Origin: Phoronis australis
Lineage: Eukaryota; Animalia; Phoronida
Assembly: GCA_002633005.1 (NCBI GenBank)
Contig: NMRA01000033.1
Location: forward strand, 1,169,203-1,233,202
Reading direction: 5' to 3'
DNA length: 64,000 bases
Each line of letters begins with the position of its first letter. Within the stretch, counting starts at the first letter, position 1. The notes beneath the pieces were generated by a model. The model was not told the origin of the DNA and searched no databases. It worked only from the letters and a program-made list of their open reading frames with translations. Positions 36,472 to 51,100 of this stretch are shown here, piece by piece. The position numbers and the translations under genes were made by a program.

Positions 36472-39400
36472 GCATATTAGCGCGGCTGAAGCCTACGTAG
36501 AATTGTCGTGAGGACTTGACAGGGACCTCAGGGGTCTCACACTCCACTGATTTATCCACATTATTTTGAAAACACTTTGCCTGGTCACACATTGTGTGTC
36601 CTAAAAGAGATAAGCATACCAGCAGCTGACGCAGCAAGTAGATCTACTCTCGTTTATCACATCGGTGTAGACTCACAGTTGAAATGTGGTTTTTTGTTGA
36701 CCCCACACCGTCCGGAGTTGCACCATATACAGTTGTACCAACTCCGGATGGTCTCTCACGACGATTATGCAATGCCAGCTATAGAGGCGACGCCGTTAGC
36801 AAGCGGCATGATAGTTGACCAGTGAGCACCCTTGAGAAGCAGACCGGCCTTCGTGCCTAAGTTACTTGACGTTATTTAACGACGAATCAGAAGGCAGGAG
36901 AGGCTGGATTCGGATAGTCCTTGATAGCTGGGAGTAGTTGACTGTATCCGTTTGTGCCCGCTTAACTATGCTATCGCAAATCTTAGTAGCATGATGAATC
37001 GTGTGCGGTTAATTTTCGACTACCAGCGCAGAAACTTAATCACAATTTGCATTTTGTTTTCAACGAACGCTCTTTCCAACCACCCTGTGATTTATTCATC
37101 TATCTGGCGCTTCTGGGATAAGAAGCGCTTGTGGTATGTAATCTTTCTAAAATAATGTAAATATTAACATTTGCCGTTAATTCCCTGCGGCAAAGTAATT
37201 TTTGTTTGTTTGAAAATCAATTGCTTCAATATAAAACTACCATCACAAGAAATAAAAAAACATCCAATTCTAATTAGATTTGATTTTCATACACGTTAAT
37301 GCAGTTCAGTGTATAGGCAGTTCCTCCGTCTGTGCTGCCTCCTGTCGGCGTGATTTGCATGTGCAATGTTAAGCTCTCTGCACGCAGTGCAATCCAGCGA
37401 AGCACACTTTATGAGAACCCGTATAACACCGAGATTTTGCGATATGCCTGTAAATGTAACTATTTTCAAAACTGGTGACGTTGAAAGTTTTATAAACGCG
37501 TACACTCTGACTTGAACCATATTGATTTATAATTCATCGATATACCACCTGTGTCGCGGTATTCGGTATAGATCTAGATAATACTCAGATTGTACTAAAG
37601 TAACTGCCCCGAGTTTTTCCTTCTTGCATGAGTTTCAAAACAAAGCTAACAGCTCCTTCATGTAGACAATACCCTAAAATAGACAACAATACTATCAGGA
37701 AAAGATCTCTATCTTCCTGATACTATGTAAATGACAGCACATGAAACTGGATTGTTGAAAATTCATTAATTTCAATTTATAAATTTAACACCGGGTTCGT
37801 ATTTTTGTTCATCGAGGAATTCTTGTACTCACCGAATTTAACTGAGATTCGGTGAACATTCGTATGGTGGTCTTCAGTGTGCTGTAGGTTTTAAAGTGCG
37901 ACTTGTGATGTACACTGGTTTTCTGCTACCATGACATGCGAATCCAATATTTACATACGGGTTAAGCCAGTTCAATCACGCCTATCGAATGTCTTGAAAA
38001 TGTTTGTAATAACTGCTGTTTAAATAAAAACGAGGAATTGTGAAAACTCTTTCAACACTTATAAGTTTATATTTGGAAGCCGATCAAATGCACTCGCATT
38101 GTTATGAGGTGAACTGGAGAGGCCGTGCGAGACGTTCGCTCTCATTGCTCTTAAACGATCCATGAAGATGTTGATATGAAGTAGAACAGGTTTTTAAATT
38201 ACGGATAACAAGTAAATTGGTTAATTGTCTGTTTAACACCCCGTCTCCAATAAACCGAACAAATGAGCATGATATGCACCTGTATGCGTTCACAGAAAAA
38301 TTCATAATAATTTAGTACTACATACGGCTTGAGCACCGCATGAAAACATACTGGTTAAAATTTGGTACGTTTACATAAGGCGCTTATAATTACGTCACTA
38401 AACCATTTTCAGCCATTTTGAAGTGGGAACGTGAGACCAAATTTCTGTCGTTTAAGTCACTTTAATGAAAAGGATCCTTGATTTTTGTACATTCTTTGTT
38501 AATATGCTAACAACCTGCATTACATCAATCCGACATGCATCAAGTGCTAACTTGTGATTTGTGTGTATTTTTAACCTTAAAATTTCAATAGAAAAACAGT
38601 CATACCGTCTTCAACTAAGGTAGGAATTGACACTTGTTGAGGTTATGACCACCCACAAAGAATGTTTGGCTTCATTGCTATGTTGATTTGACCATAGAAC
38701 TCTAGCCCTGGAATGCCATCGTCAATCTCGAGCTGCTGAGGTTACGCCGCGCATGCGTAGCATTTGTTTGCATTCGTTTGTTCCGGTGTTGGTTATTCCG
38801 ATGGAATTTGCTGTCACTAAAACGTTTCGCATGTCCGCCGTTTTCCAACCGAATAGCATAACAGTCATATCATTAGAAATTCCTTCGCCAGTTCTTCATG
38901 GTGTGTGCTGCAAAAGAAAATGCTTCATAATTCAATTCATACATCACCATCATTTCGCATACCTGACAGGTTTAAGAAATATTTTTTGTTACAAAATGTG
39001 AAAAAAACAGGTTGTAATAGTAACATATAAAAGGAAATGATCCAGAGATGTTTTATTAATGGCTAATTAAACCAGCAGGGAAATAATTCAGTGATTCAAA
39101 AGATTGGCAAACATAAAGTACAGCTATGACTAGCAAAAACTTGTTAAGGTTCGCCAAAAATTCTCTTTCGTATGTTTTTATGCCCTTGCATTGCAACCGT
39201 ACACATAGTCCCCTTACAAACTTCCTCAGTTATTGGGTGATATCATTGTAAGACAATAATAAATGTATCTTTGGCGTAGCACACTCGCTTCCCACGGGAA
39301 ACTAGGTCGCAAGCTCGTCGCATAGAGGCCAGTAAATAGGTGCATCCATTGTCCACTTTGTCTTTCTTTCTTATAATAAAGATAATGCTAAGCATTTATC

Positions 39401-40674
39401 GGTAACCGCTGATGCACGTCCAAGGTACGATCATGCGATCTGAATTGTTGTATCCACCAAAGACGCCGAAAGGAAAGGAATGTTAGTGCCCCATAGACGA
39501 TAACCATGCGACAAGCTTACAACCGTCGCATAGATCTCGCAAGAAAAACAATAACCTGCAACATCCATACGACGTCATTTGGCATGGACTAGTGAGATCA
39601 TCTTCATAATACCATGTTACAGAGAAAATATGTCACATACACAGCATCATGAGAGCCCACCATTTCTTTCTGCAACTTTGGAACAGACTCGGCAAGCACG
39701 ACTTCAGTTTGTGTCCACATTTGAACGCACGCCTTTACAATTTTGAGGAGCAAAACTTGCCAGGTGGACACAGTGGCGTAGTTAAGGGGTCCGTCCTGGG
39801 GGGCACCGTGACAGAATTTAGGTGATATTTTGCCCTCTTCCAGTCAGAACTAGTCTATTTTGCATACCATGTTAACGCTAGGCAAATCGACATCATTTCG
39901 TTCTCAGCCTTTGTTGGAATTCATTAGTAGGACACCGATCCGTTAAGAATGTGCTCTCATACCAGAGGTACTGAAATTCCAAGTGTTTTTGCTACCGGTA
40001 TTGTACCAGTATATTCTCATACAGTGTTCACATAGGACGTCTAGTCCACCGTCTGAAAACAGGGACATCATTGTTAAGGCTCATCAGACGTCCGACAGAT
40101 ATTGCTTACTTATCGACCGACCTCAAATCGAAGACAGATCTGCCTGTTTCATAAATCAACATCTTGATTCGCATGTGAATGCAAAGAACATTGGCATTTT
40201 TACACATTAATTCGTTCATATTCTTGTAAGAAGTCTGATAGAACGCACTTGTGAAGTTTAATTTAGGTGGTTGGTCTGCTGTTTTACCACACGGCATGAA
40301 TGATCCTGCATGTGAACGCGGTAAACGCGATATTGGTTACTTTAGAGTAAAAATTTAAATTCCGAGTTCTGGGTTCTGTTTCACAAAAACGAAATGACTT
40401 AAGGCTTAAGACAGAAGTTTAGTCTTACTCTCCCACTTCAAAATTGCTGAACGAATGTTTAACCAAAACATTATGAGTGCATCGCAGTTTAGAAATAATC
40501 CTTAACATTATCTCACGCGGGCTGTGGCGGTGGACAGAATTGTTCATCCATGACCAACCCTGCCCATGTGGCACATACTGAGCCACAACACCACGTTCCT
40601 TACAATATCTCTTTTTATCACTCTCGCTGGTCTGCTCACTCAGCTTGTCCGGAACCTGCTTTGCAGGTTGTTAT

Positions 40675-40893
40675 AGCCCAGTTGGCTGTTTGGTGTACCC
40701 ACTTGGTACTTTATGTGATATTTGCCCATTTGGCAGTTTGTACCCACTTGGTACTTGTTATTTAATTTGCCGTTTTGCTCGACCCAGTTGGTAGGCAATC
40801 GGCCAATACCCATTTGGTATTATGTACCCATTTGGTACTATGCTAACCTGTGCCACTTAGTATCCGATACTCAGTTACACTTTGGGTATCGGA
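40675..40893. repeat. Array of seven or eight short self-complementary CCCANTTGG units with variable spacers
   Basis: Units start at about 40675, 40695, 40723, 40740, 40781, 40805, 40824 and (degenerate) 40851, followed by a TCCGATAC...GTATCGGA hairpin. Confidence 0.75.
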
Positions 40894-41329
40894 AATGTGT
40901 GTGTTATCTCTTGTAAATAAGGAACTCATCTGGTTCCTTCTGTGAAATATTCATTTGTAGAGCTGTGACCCTGAAATTCCCAATACAACTTAAAATAAAT
41001 ATTATTCTTTGTTGTTGTTTTATTTGTCCCCAATAACTAGCAGCTTTGCGTAAATTTTCAGTGTCTTCGCATATTTGCTTTATTGAGATTTGGTTAGAAA
41101 TAGTTGTGTGGAGCATAGCACCAAATTTCTTAAATCATTTTTCATGAAGCAATCACCAGAAGCTATTTTATAGCGTTAATTCTGGGGTCGTGAAGTGCAA
41201 GCCAGGATTATACAAGCATCCTCATACATGTAAACCCTTAGGGAAGTCGGTCATACAAGTATCTTCAATTCGCACAACAGTGGAACGGAAATGATTTTGA
41301 CTTCAAGGATTAAAACCCGGACCCTGGGG

Positions 41330-41515
41330 GCTGGGGTCCAATCTTTGTCCTCGAATAAGAACTGAACATCAATTTTAGTAATTTCCGTTACATTTTTGGG
41401 CGAACTCAAGATAAGTAGTCGAGTACATTATGGTCTATGAATTTTGAGTCCTAGTTCGCACTTGATGACCCTTAGATTCGAGCTACAAATTTGAGTAAAA
41501 ATTCGAGATTTCGAG
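41330..41515 (+). repeat. Dispersed repeat/MITE family C; inverted copy at ~47130-47370
   Basis: CTTGATGACCCTTAGATTCGAGCTACAAATTTGAGTAAA (41461-) is approximately the reverse complement of TTTATTCAAGTTTGTAGCTCGAAATCTAGAAGTCATCAAG (47189-). Confidence 0.7.
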
Positions 41516-44500
41516 GAAAACTCTAGAATTCGAAATCAGACTGGGACATTTATCCTGGATGTGACGTCACCAAGTACAAACTAGGATTAAAGAGTTATGC
41601 AGCACGTAAGCCATCATGTTTTCGAGCCCAAACTATTGCGTACTTATCTATAAGTATGCACAAAAGTACAATGAATGAAAATGCCAAAAATAATTCCGGG
41701 ATCGATTTCGAGTAGAAAGTTGAGACCCAGGCCCCAGAGCTTGGTTGCATAAAAGTTCAAACGTGATTGCTGGTTAAGTTTGATAATTGAATTACTATAA
41801 GTTGATTTTTTCAATTGTTTCAACATGGCGCATGATTATGTACGTTGTCACTGTCGGCATCCAGCGATAACTTGAGTGTGTGCATCCGGGTACATGCGAG
41901 TGCATGCATGTACCTACATCAAGACCTCGCAGTTACCACTGTCAGGCTATTGTAGATTATGATCGCATTGGTATAAAAGCTGCATTTCGCCGAGTCTAGC
42001 TAAAAACACCAATCGAATTAGGCCTTTTCTCTCATAAAATCTGTCTGATTATATCCTATACCGAGGATGGGATCTCATTTCCGTTACCAACTCAAATCAC
42101 AGGCAATGCATGCGTGTGCTTTATGGTGGGCTAACCCCAGTAAACCCTGAATCTGTATCTTGAGTCGCTGATAATGTTGCACGGTAAAGGAAGTAGAATC
42201 ATAGGAATGACACCGAGAGTAAAAGGCCGAATTCAATTTTTGTTGTTAGCCAGGTAAACAGTTCGAAACGCAGTTTTTACCAAATGGCGTTCATCAATTG
42301 TTTCGCATAAAAAGAGACCGTTGTACACTACTGTAGTGGAGCGTAGGCGCACGTAGGCGAAGCCAACCAACTTTTGGCATTTGAACGTAGAGCCTACGCA
42401 CCGTAATTTACATTTAGTGCTCGAGGTGATACAGTGGGCTTTGTGCGCCTACTTACCTCTAATTTTATCACAACAGCACTGCCGTTGTACGAACCCAAAA
42501 CTTGATATCTTTCTTAAAATATACTCGATTGGTCCTTCGTTCATTTCGAGTATCTGGGCGTTTTTTCAAAAACTCTCCACAAGATTTTGGATAAAAACTG
42601 GTAGGTGACTGACCCATGGCATGCGGTCAAAAGCCCACGCACTATCTCCTTTCATAAATTACTTTACGGACGTAACTATTGCTGCCTCTCTTATTATCAT
42701 ATTTTGGGATTTGAAAACCAGCATACTGATCTCGGTGAAAGTCATTTTCATGTTATCTCTTTTTGTCTCTCGTTTTCTGTCATGTTTCTGAGACGTTTAT
42801 TAAATTGCTGCGGAATGACTTCAATTGCACGCTAATTGATTTTGGTTAACTTTTACGAGGTACGAAAATACAAGCACAGTTGTACAGTTTACCAGAACAG
42901 AGTATTCTGCTGAAGTGACATTGTAAGCAGTGGGCATGGTGATCACAACCTGCATTTGTCATCTGGATAGAACTTAAAGCTACGACAGTATAGGTTTCAT
43001 AAGCATGTGTTATGTTCAACCCATTTGAACACATCGGTTGACCACATAAAGAATCAGATATCAGAGATGCACATCAGACACTAAATGTTAATGGTATATG
43101 GGTTCGAGCATAGAACACAGTCTAACCACCGCCAGTGACATCTGGCGGCCCAGAAATGTTGCTGTTTCCCTTCCGAAGTTAATTGTTGCGCCGTAATCTG
43201 TTTAATCTTTGCTTTTGCAAACATTCAGCTTGTTTCACTCTTTAATTACTACCACCAAGACCTTACACAAATGACAAATTCCTCTACTGTTACTGTCAGC
43301 GCCAGCGTTCATACGTGAAACACTGTGACATGATAACAGCGTTTTCGAATCAGTAACATCTTACAGTGCATCAGACATGTTTAGCCTACCGAAATTATTG
43401 ATAAAGTATACCTTTTATGTGATCCCAAATGTTTACGAGAGGTTAATAGGACGATTAAATAAGCGCAAATTTCTCTTTTTATCACCAATATTCTGTCCCA
43501 TGACGAACTCGTGTACTTCGGCTGATGCGCTTCCTATGTAAGGCTGTAAGGTAATTAGATTTAAAATCGCTTCAAATCTAGCAACATATTCGTTATGCAC
43601 AAATAACTCTCAATATCTCTAGAGTATTGGCGCCTAGTGAGAAAAGAAGGCCACTTACTGGCTATATAACAATCCATCTTTTTCACTCCATCTTTAACAA
43701 GATTTGATATCTTTCTAAAACAATAAGGCAGTCTATTAGATTCGTTTGTCGGTTGCAGGCTCGTGGGACTTGGGGTTAAAAGGCAAGTTGTCGCAAACAT
43801 ATGAGAAAATCCTTCGGGGAAGGTGATTATGGGTTTTTAATTGAGTCATTAAAGTGATGATGAGTCTGAGACGTCAACAATGTCGACGTGTCGTAGCCCA
43901 TGGCATTAGGATGAACGAATGGGTGTTTAACGGGAAAGAACGTAGATTTGCGACGAAGTTGTAACCGTCATTAATTCGTCATCGTTGTAATGACAGTTGT
44001 CAACTAAGAAATACATTTGCGTTATTATGTCACTAGAACTTGTACTGCACAAGTTTGACTAGGATTGGAATACCAACAATAACCGCTCGCTCGCCCCCTC
44101 CCTTTCTCCCTCCGTGGCCCCTCCTCTCTCTCCCCCGTTCCATTACTCCCTCGTTTCTGCCCTCTTTCAGTCTCCACTAGGTGTCTATACTGTGTAATTG
44201 TCTGGACATAATTTCACAATTGCTTTTATATCATCCTGTTGTTTCCTGTTTTCTTTACAAAAAATTCTTATCTGAATGAAATTATTTTGCGTGAAAACAG
44301 CATACCATTCAGTGGTTGTTGGCAGGTTCTGCGAAATATGAAAAATAACAAACGATGAAATTCCTTGCTAGACATAGTTTGTTTATCTAGCGCACAATAT
44401 TCACTGAGACACGTTTGATATTTTAATCACAGTCTTGATAGATGAGTAAACGTTGAGACTTTCTGCACGTCAATAAGGACAAACAATAATTAGGGAAATA

Positions 44501-44879
44501 AGAAAAGGGAATAAGAAATTACAGTCAAGTGTACACGTAGCCTTGTTTAAATAAACCATGAACAAATATTGCACATTGACTGACAAACTCCATGGCGAAA
44601 CCAGAGAAATGAGTACAGGGGCTGTGTTCAAATGCAGACAGCGACTTGCTCAACCAAAATTGAACCCATTCACGTTTAATAACAACGTAAGCGCTGCGAA
44701 AGACGCGGTTTAAACAAGCCTTTGTTGACGATTTGCTACGGTTCACGCCATTTTGTAAACGGGCAACCCTTGATCTGAGCTTTGTTAACTGCCGTCGCGT
44801 GATTAGTGAAATAGTCATGTTTTAAGTTACGGAATTCAATACGACGCTAACAAGGCCAAGCAATGAAATAAAATGAGGA

Positions 44880-45170
44880 ATTTGTAAACAATTTAACTGG
44901 ATGGTAAAATAAAAACCCTGTTTAGGATAAACATTGCTTTGATCTACAACTTTATGACCGCGTGTAAAACAGTGGATTTTATTTCGACCTGTCAAGAAAA
45001 AAGAAAACGTTTCGCCTGATTTATGGCGTCTGTAAACTCGTATGATTACTGTCTGGTTTGTTGGGATATTTATGGTGGTGCAACCGTGGTAAATGGTCGG
45101 ACAACGATCTAAAAGTTTCTGTTATATCCACCAGTTCCCAATAATCCAGAGCAAAGCTAAGTAAACACAT
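44880..45170. promoter_or_regulatory. Candidate Lbx upstream enhancer (Pbx-Hox, Meis and Fox motifs)
   Basis: TGATTTATGG 45017, CTGTCA 44989, TTTATGAC 44951, TTTATGG 45069, GTAAACA 44884 and 45161, ATAAACA 44927. Confidence 0.35.
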
Positions 45171-48100
45171 TCAATACTCAGATCTTGTTTGGCATTGCGC
45201 GTTTAATAATAGAATGCGGCCTTGCAATTTGTTTGAATCACGCCTCTTATTCGTTACTGACGCGTGATTCTGCTCTTTCGCAAAAAATGCGTTCTTTTAA
45301 CAGTAGATGCAGAAATTCACTATATTTCTCGAACACAGTTGACGCAAATTATTATAACATTAACATTACAAAGGCGATTTTTCTTGGAAACTCACCAATT
45401 TCTGGGGAATTACTGAATAATTTACTTGTTGTAAATGAAGACTCTATCGGATGCGTCAACGATACGAAAAGACGCATTATTCGTGGTTAGTTCATTTTTT
45501 GAAGATGTCTTCAACTTCCATTCTATTCAGAAGTTTATTGTGAATTACACGGATAGCCTACAACCGATGTGTATGATTGGGATTCAAAATTAGGAAAAGA
45601 ATGAATTTGTACAAAGCAAGCATTACTCAATGATCATCTCTTATCACGCGTAACCATGGATTGACAACAGATTCCATTCCGCTATTTTGATGTAAAATTC
45701 CCAGTGTAGGCGTCGCTTACATACATGTATGTATTTACGTCGTGTGCCAATCTCAACTTTCTGTTTGAGAAAGAAAACATTTTGGTAATGAAAAGTCTTT
45801 CCATGTCTTTCTACAGTGGAATTCTTGTTGTTGTTCTGATTTCTGGCAGCAGTTCAAGAAGTGCAATTTTACAACACAGTCAGCAGACGTGCATGCCAAA
45901 AGTAAAACGGACAAACTCGAAAGGCGCCGCTAGTAAAAAAGAACTACATGTATGCGGCACACAAGGTTTATAGACATTTCATTTAGGTTTGTCGTGTTGA
46001 GAAATGCAGTCCACAGAGTTTCTTACTAAATTATAACATTAGGAACTATGCATTTCTCAGGATTCCTACAAATAGATTTTGCTTTTGGAAAAAAATGCGA
46101 AAGAGTGACTTGTTCATAGGATCTCACAGCAAACGGGGCTCTTTCAATCGCTTTTTACCCAGGCCTTCCAAAGTGGATGCATAATGTTTTCTGGCTCTGT
46201 AGTTTCCACCGTAGCACCCAGTCAGAAATGCAGTCGACTACGTAAACATCCAGGCCACGTGCGTTTGACTGAAACCATATGAAATAGTGATGGAAATCGA
46301 GTTGTGCCAAATATTTTATCGAATTGGATTTAAAATTCATCCTCTTATGCTGATAATTTCCAACCATAAATAAAAATCTTGAATTGATTTCAACGCTGGA
46401 TCACTTAGCAAGTGTGCAGAAAATACTGCGCCATCAGAGTCGTTTGCATTGTGTTTTTTCAAAATTATTGTCTATATTTAATAGATTCAGGCTCCTTCCT
46501 ACAAAAGTATTTCGATATTTAGCGTGGAAACTTTCATTTCGCCATTTTATGATAACCAGTATGTCAAAAATGACTGAATGCAAACTAACTTTAATTACAT
46601 ACCAGTCTTTTGTAGGCTAGAAGTGTAAAAGCCACTGCTCTGGGATACCATTTAATGAAACATTTCTGTTGAATATTTGTGGCTTGTTTTATGGGGACCC
46701 TTGTCGATCACTGTTTATAACAAAACGAAAAGTTTGAAAGCGGCAATTTACTAAACTTCGACAACCTCGCGTTTGTTGGCGAAACTAAGCGCACATCCTT
46801 GTTTTCCATATCTGCACTAATTAAGATGTTTTAGAAATATTACATAAACGTGAACATGTACATGTGCACAAGGTCACCTGTTGCTACATTTACCAATTTC
46901 CGTATGACACGGAAGACATTAATGTCGTCTGGTATGACCTTGTTGCGTACGAACTGCATGTATAAAATACCTGGGCCCTGGGTCAAATCATGGTATTCAA
47001 ACTGGAACTGGAAATAATTGTTGACAGTTTCCATCCTTACTACGTCTGGGTGAAGTCACGATAACTGTATGATTTTGTGCTTGAGTGCCTTATAGTTTCC
47101 GTTCATGACTGTCTCACCCTCATTTGCATTTGATGACCCTACCATCATTAAAGCTACAAATTTGAATCTCAACTGGAAATCTTGAATATTTATTCAAGTT
47201 TGTAGCTCGAAATCTAGAAGTCATCAAGTACGGACCAGGACTTGGCACACATCTACGTAAACCATACTAAACTCAAGCACACTTACCTCGAGTTCGTTTT
47301 AAAGTAGAATGGAATACTTAAAAAATAATACAGAGTTTGCTTTCGAATTTCAAGTTCTGACCCCGGGCCTCGGCTCGCGACTACCAAACCTTACTCAGCC
47401 CATTTTATTGTGTTCTGGGACTTTTTAAAATACACAGACTCGGTAACTTTTCTTGCTTTTGGAGACCACCAAAACGTTCTCTATCAAAAGTACTGGAAAT
47501 ATTGAGTAAGTCTTAAACTTTCCGAGTTGTACTCAGCCAGGGAGAGCGTGAGCATCGATAACTCTCGAGTAAAATCACGAGCTTATTTGAGAAAATAACT
47601 AAAAAATCCCAAGACTGGTAGAAAGGATTCTTGAAAAAGTACTCAATATCAATAGCACTTTATCTGAACTCCAATAACTTCACAACTTGATAACTTACTA
47701 TACACTGTGCGAGTATATTTACATAAAATGCAATTAATATTAATCAATGAAACTCCATTCACAATGTAAACACCCTGAGGTCTTTTATTGCCTCAACCAT
47801 TTTTCATAGTATCCAAGAAGGACCCTTTTCACTGTGAGTTTGATCCCATAATTTGTGGGAGGACCGAACCCACTAACTTGGAAAATCCGACACTCTGTAT
47901 GTACACGACATTTCGCAATATCCCTATCATAGCAATATCATTTGGAAACTATGTGATATATCATTATAACTGTCGCAGAGTATGGCGATCTCTCCCCCTC
48001 TCCCCCGCTCCCCCTCTCCCCCTCTCCCCCTCTCTCTCTCTCCCTCTCTCTCTCTGTCATCGAAGATACGGTGATGAACGTGTTACGCTCGTGCCCAGAC

Positions 48101-51100
48101 AAAGGGACGAGAGTTCCTTTTATTAAATCCAATGACACTTTCACTTGGATGCATGACTATTGAGGGACTAAAATTAGCCGAAACTTTAAACAGCATGTGC
48201 TATTTAGTCTGAAAAGGTACAGTTTTTAAAGGTGCATCACGAATACCCATCATTTGAAAATAATGCTTCAGTTCACGAACCTTTGCTGTGTGTGGTAAGC
48301 TCATACCGGAAATGCCTAGGTAAACATATTGAATTGGATATTCTAAATATCCAACGCCAATTTAACGGAGAAACAGATATATTCACGCGATTGAGCCGAG
48401 CACTAATTAAGTTTGACGCGTTAAGTTTTCAATGCTTGCGAAAGAAAGGTGTCATTTCGCCGGCATTCTCACGTTTCCGCTTGTCAGGCCATATAATAAG
48501 AATTTTAACGAGTTGTGGGCTGAAAATAACGAGCAGTTGCCTCTGCTTATATTATAAACTAAGGTCAACAAGGCAACAAAAATACATCGGATACAAAAAC
48601 GAAATTTAACTTGTTCATAATCTCAAACTGCATATACAGGCACTTAGCTGTCTTATTACTACTGACTGTCTTCAAGTGCTGTCAAATTATTTTAATCTCT
48701 AACTAGACGTGTCCCATTTCAGCATTTTGTTATGTTTGATAAGATAATCAATTTATGTTTTACTATTTTTGCATCTGCAGGCAAGCAAAGTATATAATCC
48801 GTGATTGCGTGATGACGTCATCGTATAGATAATGTAAATACTGGGTTTTATCGTTTTTAAACAAATAGATTGCGAATAAAATCTCAACTTAATTTGAAAC
48901 CTCAACAAATCATCGAAGAGGCATTTCTTTTCTAATGACACATTTTATTATTTTATTTTTTTTTCATTAGTTTGATTTTTACTGCTTTTTAAATCTCCCT
49001 CTGTATAGTAAAGTTCTTGTGCATTCAACTTCTACCGTGAAATTAGCCTGAAATTAAGGACTGGACATATGTATGGAAACGACGACAGGGTGGAAAGTGT
49101 TTCCTTTTGTAAATTATCTTTGCATCGACTGACAAAATAATAAAGTATGCAAACTGCTGTTTAATTGTTGAAAACACACAAATTATTATAATTCTTTTGC
49201 TCATTAAAAAATAACGGACCGTCTTGAAATGAAGAAAATGAAATTGTATAACATTTTCGTATGTTTCATCCGTCGTGCAGGTATTTGCATTATTTCAGCA
49301 TGAGTACATTTTCGTCAATCAGAAACATTCCAAAAATGGGTGATCAAGTTTTTCGAAGTCACGGTTATGGAAATTACATTTTTGTATGCGAGACGATGTA
49401 TTAAATTCAGGGATGAACTTCATGTTTAAGTTCAAATATGATCCTGCTGGAGCTGCAGGCTCCACGTATAATTGTTTCGAAAGTCACGTGGTTAAGTTCG
49501 AAAATCCTCCACAAATACAAACGGAGCAAAAAAATCGCCACAGACGCTATCAATGAACCCTGCTGATGGTTCCATGATCTATTATCGGGTGAAATTAGAT
49601 TATTTTAGCTTGCACATATAGGTGGGAAAACTTTCATTAAAATATAATATAGTATTCAGATGTGGAACTTTTATAAGAGGCCGTAGATAGTACGTTTTAT
49701 TTTATGGCAGATTAACCGTCCTACAGCTAATTATCATAGCATTATTGTGTGAAATGCTAATATCCTGGTCAAATCGCGTGCGATCATTACGGGCGAACGG
49801 AGCCTAACCACACTTTTACGTTATTGTGCAGATCTACATACTGATCAGGAGCGGACGATAAGAATGCGGATCAGCCGTCTGACGACCGTTCACGTGCGGA
49901 TTTTTTCAGCCGTCGAATCAGGCGTCCGATCTGGTTTCTGATCAGACCGCATGTGAACGCTGTATGCGTAACGCATTAGAAGGATAGATCCTCCAAATGC
50001 AAAATTAATACAATACATTCGATTTACAAGCACCTCATTTTGTTTAGTATAGCCATATGTTTGCGGAATGCACTCAAGAGGAAGCTAAGACAAAAAATCC
50101 TGATAAGATTAGTTCATATTCATATCAATTTGCACCATGCTGTGAATGCAAGTTCACTTGATTCCATTCGACAACATTTATAATATCACAATCAACAATT
50201 AGATCATGAGATGCCATGTGAATTGGGTCGTTAATCTTAATTATTTAATTACCTTTCCGTGGCCAGTTGTTTCTGGCGGTGAGCAGACATTTCATAGTTC
50301 AGCTCGCAAAGAACATCTCCTATAACTGCACACTTATGTTGCCAACTCTGGCCTGGTGGCAATTAATTACTAAATAGACCCGCGGAAGGGTTTATATGTT
50401 TCATAATGGTGGTGATTAGGCGTCAAGTGTCTCTTCAGGGGGCAAGAGATCAAAGAATATGTATTCCTTGTGAAAACAGTTAACATTACACGTAATGTGA
50501 TTATTAAGAGGTGCGCCAGATGACCAACAGGCTATTGCGGATTGTTAAGCTTGTTATAAACTGTACCCAGCTTTAACAACCACTGTAATCACTGCTGACT
50601 CACTTATTGTCTCCTGAACATGTAATTAATTCCATTGGATTTTGAAATGCATATGAATTCACGACATAAATTCGATGTTGTTTTTCTCTTACATTTTACT
50701 TAAAGTTTAACAAACATTTCCTCTGTATTTTCTAAGAAATTAATTGTTATGAAATGATACTATTCAATGAAATTAATACTACCAGTAATGTCTCTCTTTG
50801 GTCCACCGTGACAGCGGCAATATGTCAGACAAGTATACGTATAGATGTGCAGTTTTCTCTCATTTTTCAGCTCCTAGTAAAAACAAACCATGACATTAAA
50901 ATCCATGGAAATATCGCAATTGCACCAAGGATGATTTTTGAAGGATCCCCCAGAGTCATTGGCGCATAAACTTCATTGACGCAAAGCGGCTGCTCAACTC
51001 GTGCTGCATATAACGGGTGTATTGAAATGGTGCTAGCAATCACACTTTACTTTGTCTTTGTGCAAAAATAATTTGTGCTGCCTTCAGATTCTGACACAGC

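Noticed and set aside
36428-36637. ORF with a signal-peptide-like N-terminus
   Set aside because: Starts at TTG; the hydrophobic stretch is a pyrimidine tract; the 3' end runs into repeat family A.
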